Below, one piece after another: positions 26,077 to 36,087 of a stretch of 64,000 bases of DNA (the stretch's first letter is position 1; each line of letters starts with the position of its first letter). The position numbers were made by a program, and so were the translations under genes. The notes beneath the pieces are model-generated. The model searched no databases. It was not told the DNA's origin and worked only from the letters and a program-made list of their open reading frames with translations. The stretch is from a virus: the IMG/VR virus record IMGVR_UViG_3300010373_000002, positions 1-64,000 of that record; one strand, given 5' to 3'.

Positions 26077-26832
26077 TCAATCAACACTCTTAGTTTTAAC
26101 GAACAAGCCGGCGACTACCAACGCTCGCCGGAGCATAGCGTTTAGAGTTGTCTTTGCGTCGATGGCGCGATGCTTCAAAATATCGTGTTCCTCTTCCGTG
26201 ACTCTAATCAAGATTTGCGAGTCGGCGGAAGTAGGATCGACGGTCTCTCCCGATCCAAGGTCGGCCAGGGCTTCAAGTACCTTGCCGGTCGGGATAAACT
26301 TGCGACCGACGACCACTCCGCCCCGTTTTTTATCAGGGGAGATGGTTTGGTTTTTGGCTTTCTCTTTCGTTTTGGGTTCGCGTCTGTCCTCCAGTAAAAG
26401 AATCTGCTCTTGTTCCGTTCTCAATTGATTACGGCCGAAGATTTGCCTCAGTTGTCCCGGCGTCAGTTTAGCAGGGTCGGCGAGTCGCTTATCGAACACG
26501 CCGTCAGGCCGCTTCACGACCAGCGTAACGCTTCCGCCGCTTGCAAGCGATCTTTGGTCGGGCAGAGGCAGAGAAGCCACCATGCGAAGCGTCAGAGGGC
26601 TTCCGCCGAACCGCACAACGACCTCGGGCGCGAGTTGGTCGTAGGCGATCAAGCGAAGGTAGTTGAGCAGACCGATCTTCAAATCTTCCAAGTCCTCGCC
26701 ACGCTCCTCTAGAGTGCGGACGATCTTGGCAAGCCGAAGCAATTCCGCCGCCGTCTTGGCGAGCGAGCGGGATAGCTCCGCGCGCAGTTCGTCCGTGGTC
26801 ATGGACTCTAAGGTCAGAGCAATCTCAGGCAT
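26077..26832 (-). CDS. Hypothetical protein with C-terminal RHH-like domain
   Basis: ATG 26832 overlapping upstream gene; ILIRVTEEEHDILK..A....TLN..LR.AL. Confidence 0.75.
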   Translation of the reverse strand: MPEIALTLESMTTDELRAELSRSLAKTAAELLRLAKIVRTLEERGEDLEDLKIGLLNYLRLIAYDQLAPEVVVRFGGSPLTLRMVASLPLPDQRSLASGGSVTLVVKRPDGVFDKRLADPAKLTPGQLRQIFGRNQLRTEQEQILLLEDRREPKTKEKAKNQTISPDKKRGGVVVGRKFIPTGKVLEALADLGSGETVDPTSADSQILIRVTEEEHDILKHRAIDAKTTLNAMLRRALVVAGLFVKTKSVD

Positions 26833-27985
26833 CGTTCCCTCCCAAAAGGTTCGCGGCGGCGTCCATCTCTTTGTCGAGCGGCCCAATCTTGGTTAGCTTC
26901 CCGTGCTTCATGCGAGCGGCGGGAGAGTCGTCGGCCAGGGCGACCGCGAACGGCGGCAACCATTTCAACTCCGGGTGACGGGCGGGCGAGTCATGGGGAC
27001 CGACCCAGTAAGTATGCCAGTGGGCACGGCGAACATGCGGACGAGGACCGGAGCGGGTTGCTCCCTCGGTTCGTTGCGTCTCGTGGACTTCGCGAATAGC
27101 TTGCCCGAGTCGTTCGCCGACATACCAGACTTTCGGTCGGTCGGGCGGGAAGAAACGCCAACCGTCTTTCGTTTTCTTGGGGGCGGAACCTTTTGGTTTC
27201 GAGTAGTTAGTCTCTCCTTCGCCGCGAAACTCGGCGGTTTTGGAACAGATATAAAGTAGGCATGAGAGCAACGGTTCAAGTCGTTTCGAGCCTTCTTCCC
27301 GCAAGACCGAGATCGCTTTTTGGTGTTGGGCGTTTTCGATCCCCATGATTTTTAATCGAGATAAACCCTCTTGTAAGGCGCGGTCGTGGGCTTTCTCTAA
27401 AGTTTCGCCGCGAACGAGATGGAGGATTTCGCTCCTCAAAGAGTAATATGGGATGCCGTCGGAAAAGTCGATCATGATCCTGAGTTCCATTCTTCCACTT
27501 TCGTCCGATTCAAGGAAAGCGAAGAATCCGTTTATAGAGCCTCCGGCATGGGTTTCTCCGGGCAGGGCGATATACACGGACCACTGAGGGAGTTCCAAAA
27601 GAATATCAACAGGTATTTCTTTAGATGATGGAGTTTCTAGTACGGCTTGGCGGAGATTTTCGTCGATCCAATAGATGCCTTGAGATGTCCTCCATGCCCC
27701 GAGACATCCAATCCGGGCGACATCAATAATCGGCATTCTTTGGTCGATATCCTCGTCGCCTGTATAGTGGCCCAACGCCCGAAGTTCGCGGCCGCCTGAG
27801 ACAATCGCGTAAGCGCCCGAGAGCGGACAGAAACACCAGTCCGGCCAGTCGCCGAGTTCCTTGCGGCGTGCCCTGAATTCGTCCAGTTGCCGCCAAGCGC
27901 GAGGGTATTTGCGGTTGGCGACGGCGAGATGAGACGCGAGCCTTGATCGGATCGCGTCGAGTTGGTTGCGGTCGGATAGTCTCAC
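26825..27985 (-). CDS. acrVA2: AcrVA2-family protein
   Basis: GAWR.SQGIY, L.LP.W.VY, GFFA, LLYIC, VGERLG, RPHVRRAHWHTYW.G, W.P in AcrVA2 order; GGAGG and GTG start at 27985. Confidence 0.85.
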   Translation of the reverse strand: MRLSDRNQLDAIRSRLASHLAVANRKYPRAWRQLDEFRARRKELGDWPDWCFCPLSGAYAIVSGGRELRALGHYTGDEDIDQRMPIIDVARIGCLGAWRTSQGIYWIDENLRQAVLETPSSKEIPVDILLELPQWSVYIALPGETHAGGSINGFFAFLESDESGRMELRIMIDFSDGIPYYSLRSEILHLVRGETLEKAHDRALQEGLSRLKIMGIENAQHQKAISVLREEGSKRLEPLLSCLLYICSKTAEFRGEGETNYSKPKGSAPKKTKDGWRFFPPDRPKVWYVGERLGQAIREVHETQRTEGATRSGPRPHVRRAHWHTYWVGPHDSPARHPELKWLPPFAVALADDSPAARMKHGKLTKIGPLDKEMDAAANLLGGNDA

Positions 27986-28221
27986 TTGACCTCCTCCATA
28001 TCCGCGACGGCATTGTCGATCGCCTCTTGGATTGCCGGATCGTCGATATCTTCGCCGCATTCGACGGCGTAGCGATTCACGGCGTAGCGCATGGCCTTTG
28101 AAGGCCGGTGTTGGAAGTCCGCGACCTGCCGTCCGTTTGTTCCGAGGACTTCGCACGACGCTTGCGCGAAGTCGGCCTCGATTTCAATGACATCGCCGTA
28201 GATTGTTCGGTACTTCTCCAT
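27982..28221 (-). CDS. Small acidic protein
   Basis: GGAG RBS; coupled to the acrVA2-like gene. Confidence 0.7.
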   Translation of the reverse strand: MEKYRTIYGDVIEIEADFAQASCEVLGTNGRQVADFQHRPSKAMRYAVNRYAVECGEDIDDPAIQEAIDNAVADMEEVK

Positions 28222-28222
28222 A

Positions 28223-28654
28223 TCACTCTCCGTCTAGCGTTGGGGATAAAGCATCTTCGATTCGTTCGGTGAAGCCGAGTTCCGAGAACACTTCCGTCAC
28301 CAGAACCGCGTAGTTTTCGGTCAGCTTCTTTCGAAGCGCCGCGTTCTTGTCGGCATACTGAGTGCCGGAAGGGTAGCCGACGACTGGTCCGAGAACATCG
28401 TAATCGAGAAGGGCGAAGCGGACCCCTTTCTCGTCGCCGGCAACGAAAACGTCGTCGCGATCGTTCTCGCCCTGCCACTGAGTACGATAGCCGATATCGA
28501 CGACGTACTTGCCGGTCGAAGACTTATACACATCGACGATATGCCATCGGTTGTTTTCTTGGCCTCTCGTGAACTTCGACGAGGCTTTCGCGATCATCTC
28601 TCCCTCGAATTCTAACGGGAGGTTTCCGGTTCGATTCAACTTGCGAGTCATCAT
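28223..28654 (-). CDS. Hypothetical protein (L.F.GE.IA...RW....Y....GKYV)
   Basis: AAAGGA RBS, ATG 28654. Confidence 0.75.
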   Translation of the reverse strand: MMTRKLNRTGNLPLEFEGEMIAKASSKFTRGQENNRWHIVDVYKSSTGKYVVDIGYRTQWQGENDRDDVFVAGDEKGVRFALLDYDVLGPVVGYPSGTQYADKNAALRKKLTENYAVLVTEVFSELGFTERIEDALSPTLDGE

Positions 28655-28667
28655 TGTTTCCTTTCTT

Positions 28668-29717
28668 TCAGGCGAACATTCGCCGAGTGTTCCGATTCCT
28701 TCGAATCGCATGAAGACACGCCGCCGCGAACTGTCTGGCTAAAGTCAACTCCGAAGCCGCCAACCGCTCCAGGTCATACCTGCCGATCGCCGCCAAGAGT
28801 TCGCCGATCGTGGCATGGTCCCGATCGGGAAGGAATCGCTCGGCGAACGAGAGCGTACCGGCCCGACAATTCCCGGCGCGGAGGCTGTCCTCTACCGTGA
28901 TCTCGACATCGGCGATCTCAGAGAAATCGTGTCGGGCGAGTCGAGCGACAAACCCGGCGACGGCTTGTCGTTTCTTCTCGGCCCTCTGTTCGGCCCTGGC
29001 TTGATTTTTGGCTCGCCGCTCCTCGTAGGGGATGGCTTGCAATTTCATCTTCCGCTTGATCGCGATAACAGCGGACTTGGCGGTTCCACCTTCGGCGTGG
29101 TAAGCGGTCGCGCTTACCCGATGGTAGGCGATGACGCCGGATTCGGCGACGAGGCTTAGGCCGCGACCTTGGCGCACCCAAGAGGCCGCGTAGACCTCGA
29201 TATCGTCAACCGAGTTCAAGGGTTCGGCGTGAGTGGTCAACATGCCGTCGAGTTCGGCGATTCCACTATTGCGAATCTTGGACCGCCAAGCCGGCTGGAC
29301 ATGGATGAGATGAGAGACCGAATTGCCGATCCACTTTCCATTCGAAGATCGTTCCGAATAGATGTCGCTTGAAGTTTTCGGTTCTCGCGAAATCTTGGCG
29401 TTCATGATCGTGTCGCCGCCGGCCCACCTTCCTGATGGATGACGGAATACACGATCGGCGATCTCTTCAAGGCCCGCTTCGACGGCTAGTTTGAGGCGTT
29501 CGCCGAGTCGGTCCATCACCGTGCAACGAGAGGCGATCTTCTCTTGGTACGCCGCGATACCGGCCTCTTGCCGCTTCGTGTGCTTGGCGACGGCATCGCG
29601 GACGGCCTTGGCGATTGTCGGGGTGAGCCGATTGACGCCGAGAGATTGGCGAACGGCCTTGGAAGCAGTATCGTAATCGGAGAACTGGCGGGACTTGAGA
29701 TTCTTGACGTTGAGCAT
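28668..29717 (-). CDS. Hypothetical protein (DS..AGNC..GT..F motif)
   Basis: AAGGA RBS; 349 aa. Confidence 0.8.
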   Translation of the reverse strand: MLNVKNLKSRQFSDYDTASKAVRQSLGVNRLTPTIAKAVRDAVAKHTKRQEAGIAAYQEKIASRCTVMDRLGERLKLAVEAGLEEIADRVFRHPSGRWAGGDTIMNAKISREPKTSSDIYSERSSNGKWIGNSVSHLIHVQPAWRSKIRNSGIAELDGMLTTHAEPLNSVDDIEVYAASWVRQGRGLSLVAESGVIAYHRVSATAYHAEGGTAKSAVIAIKRKMKLQAIPYEERRAKNQARAEQRAEKKRQAVAGFVARLARHDFSEIADVEITVEDSLRAGNCRAGTLSFAERFLPDRDHATIGELLAAIGRYDLERLAASELTLARQFAAACLHAIRRNRNTRRMFA

Positions 29718-29820
29718 GGGAAGTTCCTTCGGGTCGATCGGTTCGCCCGCAACCTTGCCGCCCGAAAATCCGGCGGCCCGATATTGCGAAATTAGCGTGA
29801 GAGTTAGGGGAAGTCAATGG

Positions 29821-30258
29821 TTAGCCGACTTCGCACTCCGCGTAGTTGCCGGAACAGCAACCGTCGCGGGTCCTTTCCAGTAAATTCTCGTAGGCTTGAT
29901 CCTCGTCGCCGTCCGCGTCTTCCAGCGCTTCGGCCCATTCCTCGTCGGTTGTTTCAATCGCGGGGCAACCGTCCAGGTTGATACCGTGAACGTGGAAGTA
30001 AGAAAACGCTTCCGTTTGCGCGTCAACGGCTCGGATTTCGTCGCCCATTTCTTCGGCCTCGTCGTCGTCTTGTGGCGAGCGTTCCCACGTCGAACCAAGA
30101 AACATCATCTCGTAGCTTGGAGTCATTTCGCAACAATAGACGTGGCGGTTACCGTTGAACAGGAGTACATCCCAGAGCCGGCCGGCTCTGGCAACGATAT
30201 CGTCGGTCCAGTCGTGGGTGCGATCGTTCCTAAAGATTCGGAAATCAGGCTTGTTCAT
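29821..30258 (-). CDS. Acidic hypothetical protein, paralog A
   Basis: AAGGA RBS; PDFR...T..WTD.I...AG.L..V..F. Confidence 0.8.
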   Translation of the reverse strand: MNKPDFRIFRNDRTHDWTDDIVARAGRLWDVLLFNGNRHVYCCEMTPSYEMMFLGSTWERSPQDDDEAEEMGDEIRAVDAQTEAFSYFHVHGINLDGCPAIETTDEEWAEALEDADGDEDQAYENLLERTRDGCCSGNYAECEVG

Positions 30259-30691
30259 CGGAGGTTCCTTGTGTTGGGTAGTTTTCGAAGTCTTCGGGCG
30301 AGCAATGGCCAAGGAAAGATTCGATAAACTCTCGGCGAGCCTTATCGACTTCGAAGCCGTTGCGGCTCAAGGCGATATCCCAGTGATCCCAGTCGATTTC
30401 TAATGGACCGCATTTCTTCAAATCAACTAACCTTGTCGCGATATGCGACCGCTCTCTTTCGGCGGTTTCATCGTATGCCGTGATTTCCTCGATGCCGTCG
30501 CCGACCATTGATTGAGTCCAAACCGTACCCAAGAAATAAATCTCGAAACACGGGACTCCCTCTATCGTGACGACTTGGTTGGCGTCGAAAAAATGAACTC
30601 CGTAAAGCGGTCCCGCCTTATCTTGGATTGAGTCGGTCCAGGTTTCAGTGGAATCGGCTATGTAGACTCGGAAATCAGGTCTTAGGCTCAT
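30245..30691 (-). CDS. Acidic hypothetical protein, paralog B
   Basis: GAGGAG RBS; same N-terminal motif and FLG..W. Confidence 0.8.
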   Translation of the reverse strand: MSLRPDFRVYIADSTETWTDSIQDKAGPLYGVHFFDANQVVTIEGVPCFEIYFLGTVWTQSMVGDGIEEITAYDETAERERSHIATRLVDLKKCGPLEIDWDHWDIALSRNGFEVDKARREFIESFLGHCSPEDFENYPTQGTSDEQA

Positions 30692-30693
30692 GT

Positions 30694-31041
30694 TTACTCC
30701 TCATCGGAGCCATAACGAAAGTCGTCGGCCCCGTCAACGATTAAGTCGTCATCTTCAGCCGCTTGGACGATATCGAAAACCATGCTCGATTCAAGCACGA
30801 CCGAACAGCCGCCTTGGACCTGCCAGTTTTCGAAGTTCACGTTTTCCGCGATCCATTCGCGACCCTCTTGGGTTATTCCCGTGATCGAACAGATACCTCC
30901 GGGGCTTCCGCTGACGTCAATATCGACGTGTTCGACGGGCGGAGTAGGCTCGATTTTCTTTTCCTTGAACCTAGCAACGAATCGTTTCCGCTCCCATTTT
31001 TTTACGTCGTCGGGAGTAGGATTAAGGTTTTTCATCTTCAT
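30694..31041 (-). CDS. Hypothetical protein
   Basis: GAGG RBS; T.EGREWI.ENV..E.WQ motif. Confidence 0.7.
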   Translation of the reverse strand: MKMKNLNPTPDDVKKWERKRFVARFKEKKIEPTPPVEHVDIDVSGSPGGICSITGITQEGREWIAENVNFENWQVQGGCSVVLESSMVFDIVQAAEDDDLIVDGADDFRYGSDEE

Positions 31042-31086
31042 TCTTTTTCCCTCTTGTGTTGGATTCACTGGTTAGATTCTAGTCTT

Positions 31087-31368
31087 CTATTCGGCGAAGT
31101 CAACCGAATATTGCGAAAATTCTTCGGCTTGCCCTTGGGCGGAGATATGGTCTAGGGCCGCGTGTATTCTCAGGAGCGTTGACGTGTCTGGCAGGAATCG
31201 CCCGCATTCGTAATCGGAGATACGACCCTGCGCCGTGCCGATTCGGTCGCCTAGCTGGGTTTGCGTGATGCCGCATTTGCGCCGTTGCCTTTTGAGCGTC
31301 GCGGCGAATGAGCGGACGGAACGGGCCGAGAGCAAGAGGTCGCTCGCGAGTTGTTGGGAGTAGGTCAA
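31087..31368 (-). CDS. XRE-family HTH protein
   Basis: RRKCGITQTQLGDRIGTAQGRISDYECG...P...TL.RI..AL. Confidence 0.9.
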   Translation of the reverse strand: MTYSQQLASDLLLSARSVRSFAATLKRQRRKCGITQTQLGDRIGTAQGRISDYECGRFLPDTSTLLRIHAALDHISAQGQAEEFSQYSVDFAE

Positions 31369-31661
31369 GATTCGGCCCTCAATCGGACGAGGGATTCGTT
31401 GATCGCATCAACCTCATCCTCGGTTAAATCTCGCTCCACGTTGACGCCGTGTTCTTGGGAGTCGGTCCCGTAGCAGAGCGATACATGGAACCGTCTTACA
31501 TAGTTATCTCCATGAAAAACTTCGGCGAGATATTTATATCCAACCGATTCGATATGACCGACTTGGTTTTCGTGCAAGATATCGGCGATAGCCTCAACGT
31601 CGTCTCGCGTTTCCGGTTCGTCGCCGTCGTTGAAAAACAGAATGAATCCTCGCGTGATCAT
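31365..31661 (-). CDS. Acidic hypothetical protein, paralog A
   Basis: RGFIL...ERDLT..E...INE.L. Confidence 0.8.
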   Translation of the reverse strand: MITRGFILFFNDGDEPETRDDVEAIADILHENQVGHIESVGYKYLAEVFHGDNYVRRFHVSLCYGTDSQEHGVNVERDLTEDEVDAINESLVRLRAES

Positions 31662-31960
31662 ATTTCCTCCTTCAGTCTGAAAAGATATTCGTTGATATTC
31701 TCCCCCTCGGCGGCGGTCAACTCTCTCTCTAGCCTTGATCCTTTGACGCCGTGTTGACCGTGGAACAGAGAGATATAGTTGTTACCGGCGAAAGACTCCC
31801 CGTCGATCCCCGTCCCGACGAAGCCGCCGCGTACCGAGCAATCGAGGCAGGAGACTCCACAGATAAACAACTTGTCGGCGACGTCCGAAAGATCGTCTAG
31901 CACGCTGTAGTCGTCTTGATCGCCGACGCGGAGAATAAAACCCCTTTGAGAGTCAACCAT
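31658..31960 (-). CDS. Acidic hypothetical protein, paralog B
   Basis: RGFIL...ERELT..E...INE.L; GGAGG RBS. Confidence 0.8.
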   Translation of the reverse strand: MVDSQRGFILRVGDQDDYSVLDDLSDVADKLFICGVSCLDCSVRGGFVGTGIDGESFAGNNYISLFHGQHGVKGSRLERELTAAEGENINEYLFRLKEEI

Positions 31961-32255
31961 TGTATTTCCTCCTGTTGGATTGAGACGGGAACAATACTCC
32001 CATTCTCAGTTTTGGATGCTTGTAGTGTTCGAACTCCTCGATGCGGCCGGCGTAGGCTTTCAAGAGTTCCGTTTTCGCGGCATTTGTCGCGGCGGCGGCC
32101 CCTTCCGCTGAAGCCTTGGCGTACACTTCCCGAACATGCGGGTAGCATACACGCTCCCATGTCGCGGTATAGTGGCTGGATTCACCGTCGCCGGAGATTA
32201 TCCGCGACAAGTGACAATGCACGCGGATCGTACCATCAATCACGTAATCTTCCAT
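31953..32255 (-). CDS. Hypothetical protein
   Basis: GAGG RBS. Confidence 0.7.
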   Translation of the reverse strand: MEDYVIDGTIRVHCHLSRIISGDGESSHYTATWERVCYPHVREVYAKASAEGAAAATNAAKTELLKAYAGRIEEFEHYKHPKLRMGVLFPSQSNRRKYNG

Positions 32256-32272
32256 AGTCGCCTCTTTCGTGG

Positions 32273-32926
32273 TTAGTCGTCTTTCGTGTCAAATACGATA
32301 TCAAGTATATCTTGCGCCAATACGTCGGCGCGATCATCGGTATCCTCGTCCTGCTCGTCGGCTAGTTCGAATAGCCGCCGCAAGAGCACGAGAAGCGACT
32401 CGGGAGATACCGAACATTCGAGGGTGGAGGTATGCGGGATACCGTTGCATAGCCTTACGCTCGGCGTGTAGCTATCCCCGCGATTGGGACAGTTACACGA
32501 TTCTAAATGCGAGTCGATCCCTTGGTTGGCCGCGTGGATAACCCATTGCCGCTCTTGACCGACAAGGGACATCGGGAACGGTTTGCCCTTGCGAGCCGCG
32601 ACGATATCGGCGTAGGGGATTCGCTTGCAATTGATATCGGTTAGGTAGTTCGACGGCGGAGCGGACTCTTTGCGCTCGATCAGTCCCGAGACATGGGCGC
32701 GGAGTTTGCCGAGCGATTCCGCGTCAAGGTCGCGGTCATCTCCCGCGTACCGTTCCGAATCGACGTAGGACCGGCGAGCGTCAATCTCGCCGATGAGTCG
32801 AGTTAAGTTTTCCGGGGTCCGCTCCCATGATTCGGACCCGAAGTTGTATAAGCATACGCCATCGGGAACGCTTCCCCATAGCGCGGCGTATTCTTCCGGC
32901 GTAGAACCTTCGATAAGTCGAGACAT
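32273..32926 (-). CDS. Hypothetical protein
   Basis: GAGGA RBS, ATG 32926; NQGIDSHLE...SL.VLLRRL.E. Confidence 0.75.
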   Translation of the reverse strand: MSRLIEGSTPEEYAALWGSVPDGVCLYNFGSESWERTPENLTRLIGEIDARRSYVDSERYAGDDRDLDAESLGKLRAHVSGLIERKESAPPSNYLTDINCKRIPYADIVAARKGKPFPMSLVGQERQWVIHAANQGIDSHLESCNCPNRGDSYTPSVRLCNGIPHTSTLECSVSPESLLVLLRRLFELADEQDEDTDDRADVLAQDILDIVFDTKDD

Positions 32927-32984
32927 TGCTAGTTCCTCTTGTGAATTCAAAGCGGAGTTACCGGCCCGACGATCGGGCGCGGAG

Positions 32985-33179
32985 TTATCGGCGGAATTCC
33001 TCGTAACCGTCGAACCAGTCACCCTTAGCCTTCGTTCGTCGCTTAGCGGCGGAACTAGTCGCGGTTCTACTCGACGTTTCGGGGTTGCGGCAATGGGCTT
33101 GCGCTTCTTCCAGGGTAAGGCCGGTTTTGATGGTTCGATGCGAGTAGTCGTTGCGGTAGTGGCGAACGATCTTATACAT
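32985..33179 (-). CDS. Small conserved phage protein (TGLTLEEAQAHC..PETSS...WFDGY)
   Basis: GAGGA RBS, ATG 33179. Confidence 0.75.
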   Translation of the reverse strand: MYKIVRHYRNDYSHRTIKTGLTLEEAQAHCRNPETSSRTATSSAAKRRTKAKGDWFDGYEEFRR

Positions 33180-33231
33180 GGAATCCTCATTGTTAAGTGT
33201 TGCGGGAGTGGTCAAGAAAACTGCTTGCGGG

Positions 33232-33711
33232 TTAATCGTAAGAACTATCGCTTGCGCCGAATGGGCCGATAGCCGACAATGCGGCGTCGAGTGTTTTTTT
33301 GGCTAAGTCGTATACTCGACGCTTAGCCTTCACGTCCTCGAAATTGTAGTCCTCGCGGTATTGCTCCGCCGATGACAAGTTTATGAGCACGCCGTTTGAT
33401 AACGATCCGATATAGACCGTCGTTTCATGGTATAAGCACTTAGAAGTTCCGTCGATTGATTCGCCGGCCTTGACCGTGAAAGAGAGAGAGTATTCCGATC
33501 GGTTTTTGTAGACCATGAGATCGAAGTCGTTTTTAGTTCCGAAGTCGGGGAAGTTTTTCGCGACCTCCTTCATTAACTCCCCGTCCGCTCGGATGATCTT
33601 GCATCCAACGAACGGGGTTAATGCTTCGGTTAGAGCGGTGTAGAGTCGGTTCGCTTCACGGTTCGCCCGATTGACGGCGCGGACTTTGGCCTTGAGTTTC
33701 TCTTCTGACAC
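33232..33711 (-). CDS. Hypothetical protein
   Basis: GAGG RBS, GTG start. Confidence 0.75.
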   Translation of the reverse strand: MSEEKLKAKVRAVNRANREANRLYTALTEALTPFVGCKIIRADGELMKEVAKNFPDFGTKNDFDLMVYKNRSEYSLSFTVKAGESIDGTSKCLYHETTVYIGSLSNGVLINLSSAEQYREDYNFEDVKAKRRVYDLAKKTLDAALSAIGPFGASDSSYD

Positions 33712-33783
33712 GGTTCCCTCGTTCGGTTAAAGATCGGTGCGCGGGGTTAAGACGACTTGAGACTGTCCTTGATGCTCCACGCA

Positions 33784-34107
33784 TCACTCCTCGTTAAGAT
33801 CGTATTCGAAAATGAGACGGCGGGTTAGTTCGGTCGGGTTGTTGCGGTGCTGTTCTCGGATCGACTCCGCGCCATCGACGGTAAGGTCGAATCCCATCAA
33901 GGCCGGCGAGTAGACTCCTGAACCGATAGGGAAAGAATTAAGACAACGCTTCTGGGCGGCGCAGTAGACCGGAAATTCCACCGGATCATATCCGGCAAAA
34001 ATCGGATCGTCGCAACGGCGGTTCAATTGTTTCGACGCTTCACGCTCGGCACACGCTTTACAGTAGACTTCGCCGGCATACTCGAAAGGATCACGCATCA
34101 CTGACAT
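33784..34107 (-). CDS. Hypothetical Cys-containing protein
   Basis: AAGGAG RBS, ATG 34107. Confidence 0.7.
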   Translation of the reverse strand: MSVMRDPFEYAGEVYCKACAEREASKQLNRRCDDPIFAGYDPVEFPVYCAAQKRCLNSFPIGSGVYSPALMGFDLTVDGAESIREQHRNNPTELTRRLIFEYDLNEE

Positions 34108-34187
34108 TTCATTCTCCTTTGTCGGGTTGAAAAAGATGGACGGGATTAGCGCCACCATCCTAAGAGTGGCGCGGGAGTGTCGGAACG

Positions 34188-35303
34188 TCAAGCGATCTTG
34201 CCGGCCGTTCGCAATTCGGCAATCAGCCGGAGCGTTTCCTCTTTCGGCACACGGTGACAACCGGCGACGATCGTACCGTCGGACGTGATTGCATCAATCG
34301 AGTAGTGGCCTAGATTGATGACTCGCCCGTTCGGCTTGAATGATCGACCCGAAGCAAGCGCGGACTCTATGAAGGGCAAGGCTTGAACGGCGGCGGCAAG
34401 GGGAAAGTTAGCTCCGTGCGAAGTTTCGAGGGTCTCTCCCCGAAGCCTGAGCAATGTGGGAGTGTTAGGCGGGAGTGAAGCGTAGGAAACGTCTTGACGC
34501 CATTGGTCGATGCGTTCGGCGATTTCTGCTAGCCGTTTTTCCTCTTTGCGCTTCTGAAACGCGGCGTTATACTCCGCTCGCAATTCACATGGGAGATACC
34601 ACGAACCGATTTTAATCTCTTCCCTCTTGCCCTCTTGCCACTCGGCGAATTGCTCTAACGCGGTCGCACGGTCCGCGATGTCTTCGAGTCTTTCACGTTC
34701 GGCTTGTTCGGCCTTTCTTTTCTCGCGGCGATCACGAAGGATCGTATCGTATTGATCGAAAGCCGACTCATGCGCGGCGTCATCTTTCGCTGTAGCGTAC
34801 CGGGTCGAGAAACCGAACGCTTCCGAGAAGCGAACAGCTTGCGCACGAACCGAGGCATATGCGCGGAATGCGTTGCGCCGTGTTGCGAGTCTGCTCCCTT
34901 TTGCGGCCGATACCCTATAGAACGAGTCGATGGCTTCGCGGACCTCTTTTTTGAAGTATACGAGGACATCGGCCGGCCTCATGCTAGCCGGGTCGGGAAC
35001 AAGGATAACCGGCATGGACGGCGGGATTGAGTGGCGAACATGCGAGCAATGGCCGGCCGTCGTGATGCTTGCCGATCGCGTTGAGAAGAATACCGCTTTG
35101 CGTTTCGACTTTCCGATATCGACGATGCACGCAATCGGGAAATGGCCGCCATAGCTATAAATCGTTCTGTTCTGAAAGAAGAAATTGCCTTGAGGGTTAC
35201 GAGCGCTCGCTTGCGTCTGGTGCGCCCATAAATGGGCAATCTCTCTAGTCGGGAAAACTTCGCGTGTTCTCTTGCGTTTCGCGGGAGTGGCGAAAGTGGA
35301 CAT
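34188..35303 (-). CDS. Conserved phage hypothetical protein (AHLWA.Q...IYSYG.HF.IA...ETS.GA...AGCH)
   Basis: AGGAG RBS; 371 aa. Confidence 0.85.
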   Translation of the reverse strand: MSTFATPAKRKRTREVFPTREIAHLWAHQTQASARNPQGNFFFQNRTIYSYGGHFPIACIVDIGKSKRKAVFFSTRSASITTAGHCSHVRHSIPPSMPVILVPDPASMRPADVLVYFKKEVREAIDSFYRVSAAKGSRLATRRNAFRAYASVRAQAVRFSEAFGFSTRYATAKDDAAHESAFDQYDTILRDRREKRKAEQAERERLEDIADRATALEQFAEWQEGKREEIKIGSWYLPCELRAEYNAAFQKRKEEKRLAEIAERIDQWRQDVSYASLPPNTPTLLRLRGETLETSHGANFPLAAAVQALPFIESALASGRSFKPNGRVINLGHYSIDAITSDGTIVAGCHRVPKEETLRLIAELRTAGKIA

Positions 35304-35371
35304 GGAAACTCCTAAGCCGGTTTAACCGGCGACGGTAAAGGAAAGTAAGGACTTGTGAATTGAAACGGGAA

Positions 35372-35860
35372 TTAGTCGTTATCTTTGGATGGGACCACGT
35401 TTCCTTTAATCCAATCCCACCCAGTCGCGCCCATCGCGTTTTGTTGCTTATCCATGTAAAAGCCGAACATGAAATCGGCTTTTTTCATCTCCAATCGAGC
35501 CGACGCGAGAAGCGCGGATAGATTGTTGCCGGATTGCTCTTGGAAAGTCACGCTCGCGCCCGAGTCGATCAAGACTTGGCATCGGCCCTCGTCCGGCATG
35601 GCATCCCATTCCTCTTGGTCGACACCGCAGGACTCGCGACAAGTCTCGACTTGATCGGCTGAACCGACAACAGAGACAATGCCCATCTCAACGAGGTGTT
35701 TTCCCGTTTCGACCGCTTCTCTCGCGCCGACTAATTGATCCCGGCGTCGAACCCGGACATAGAAGCGAAACGGCCAGTCGTAGGACTCGCTATTTTCGCC
35801 GATGATTCGCGACAGCATGATTTTTTCGTCGCTAGTGTCGCATACAGTGTAAAGGCGCAT
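35372..35860 (-). CDS. Hypothetical protein
   Basis: AAGGAG RBS. Confidence 0.75.
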   Translation of the reverse strand: MRLYTVCDTSDEKIMLSRIIGENSESYDWPFRFYVRVRRRDQLVGAREAVETGKHLVEMGIVSVVGSADQVETCRESCGVDQEEWDAMPDEGRCQVLIDSGASVTFQEQSGNNLSALLASARLEMKKADFMFGFYMDKQQNAMGATGWDWIKGNVVPSKDND

Positions 35861-36087
35861 AGCATCTCCTTTGTCGGCGTAGAACGATCGCGACCGTTTA
35901 CGCCGGCCTTTAGGTGGAGTGTCGAACTAGGTTATAGTGATGCGTTTCGCGGTCGCGTCTTGCTCTTTAGAGAAAAACGCGGGGACGAGACAAGAGAGCG
36001 ACACGGTAGCCTGAAGCCTACAAAATGAGACTCAAGGCTAGGGAGTGGCGCGAGCGCGATTAAAGAACGATGATAGAGTCAACGTCT

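Noticed and set aside
27986-28156. Longer N-terminus for the AcrVA2-like ORF (and similar extended starts at 32273..33190, 10528, 47011)
   Set aside because: Extensions overlap upstream genes; downstream starts have clear RBS and coupling
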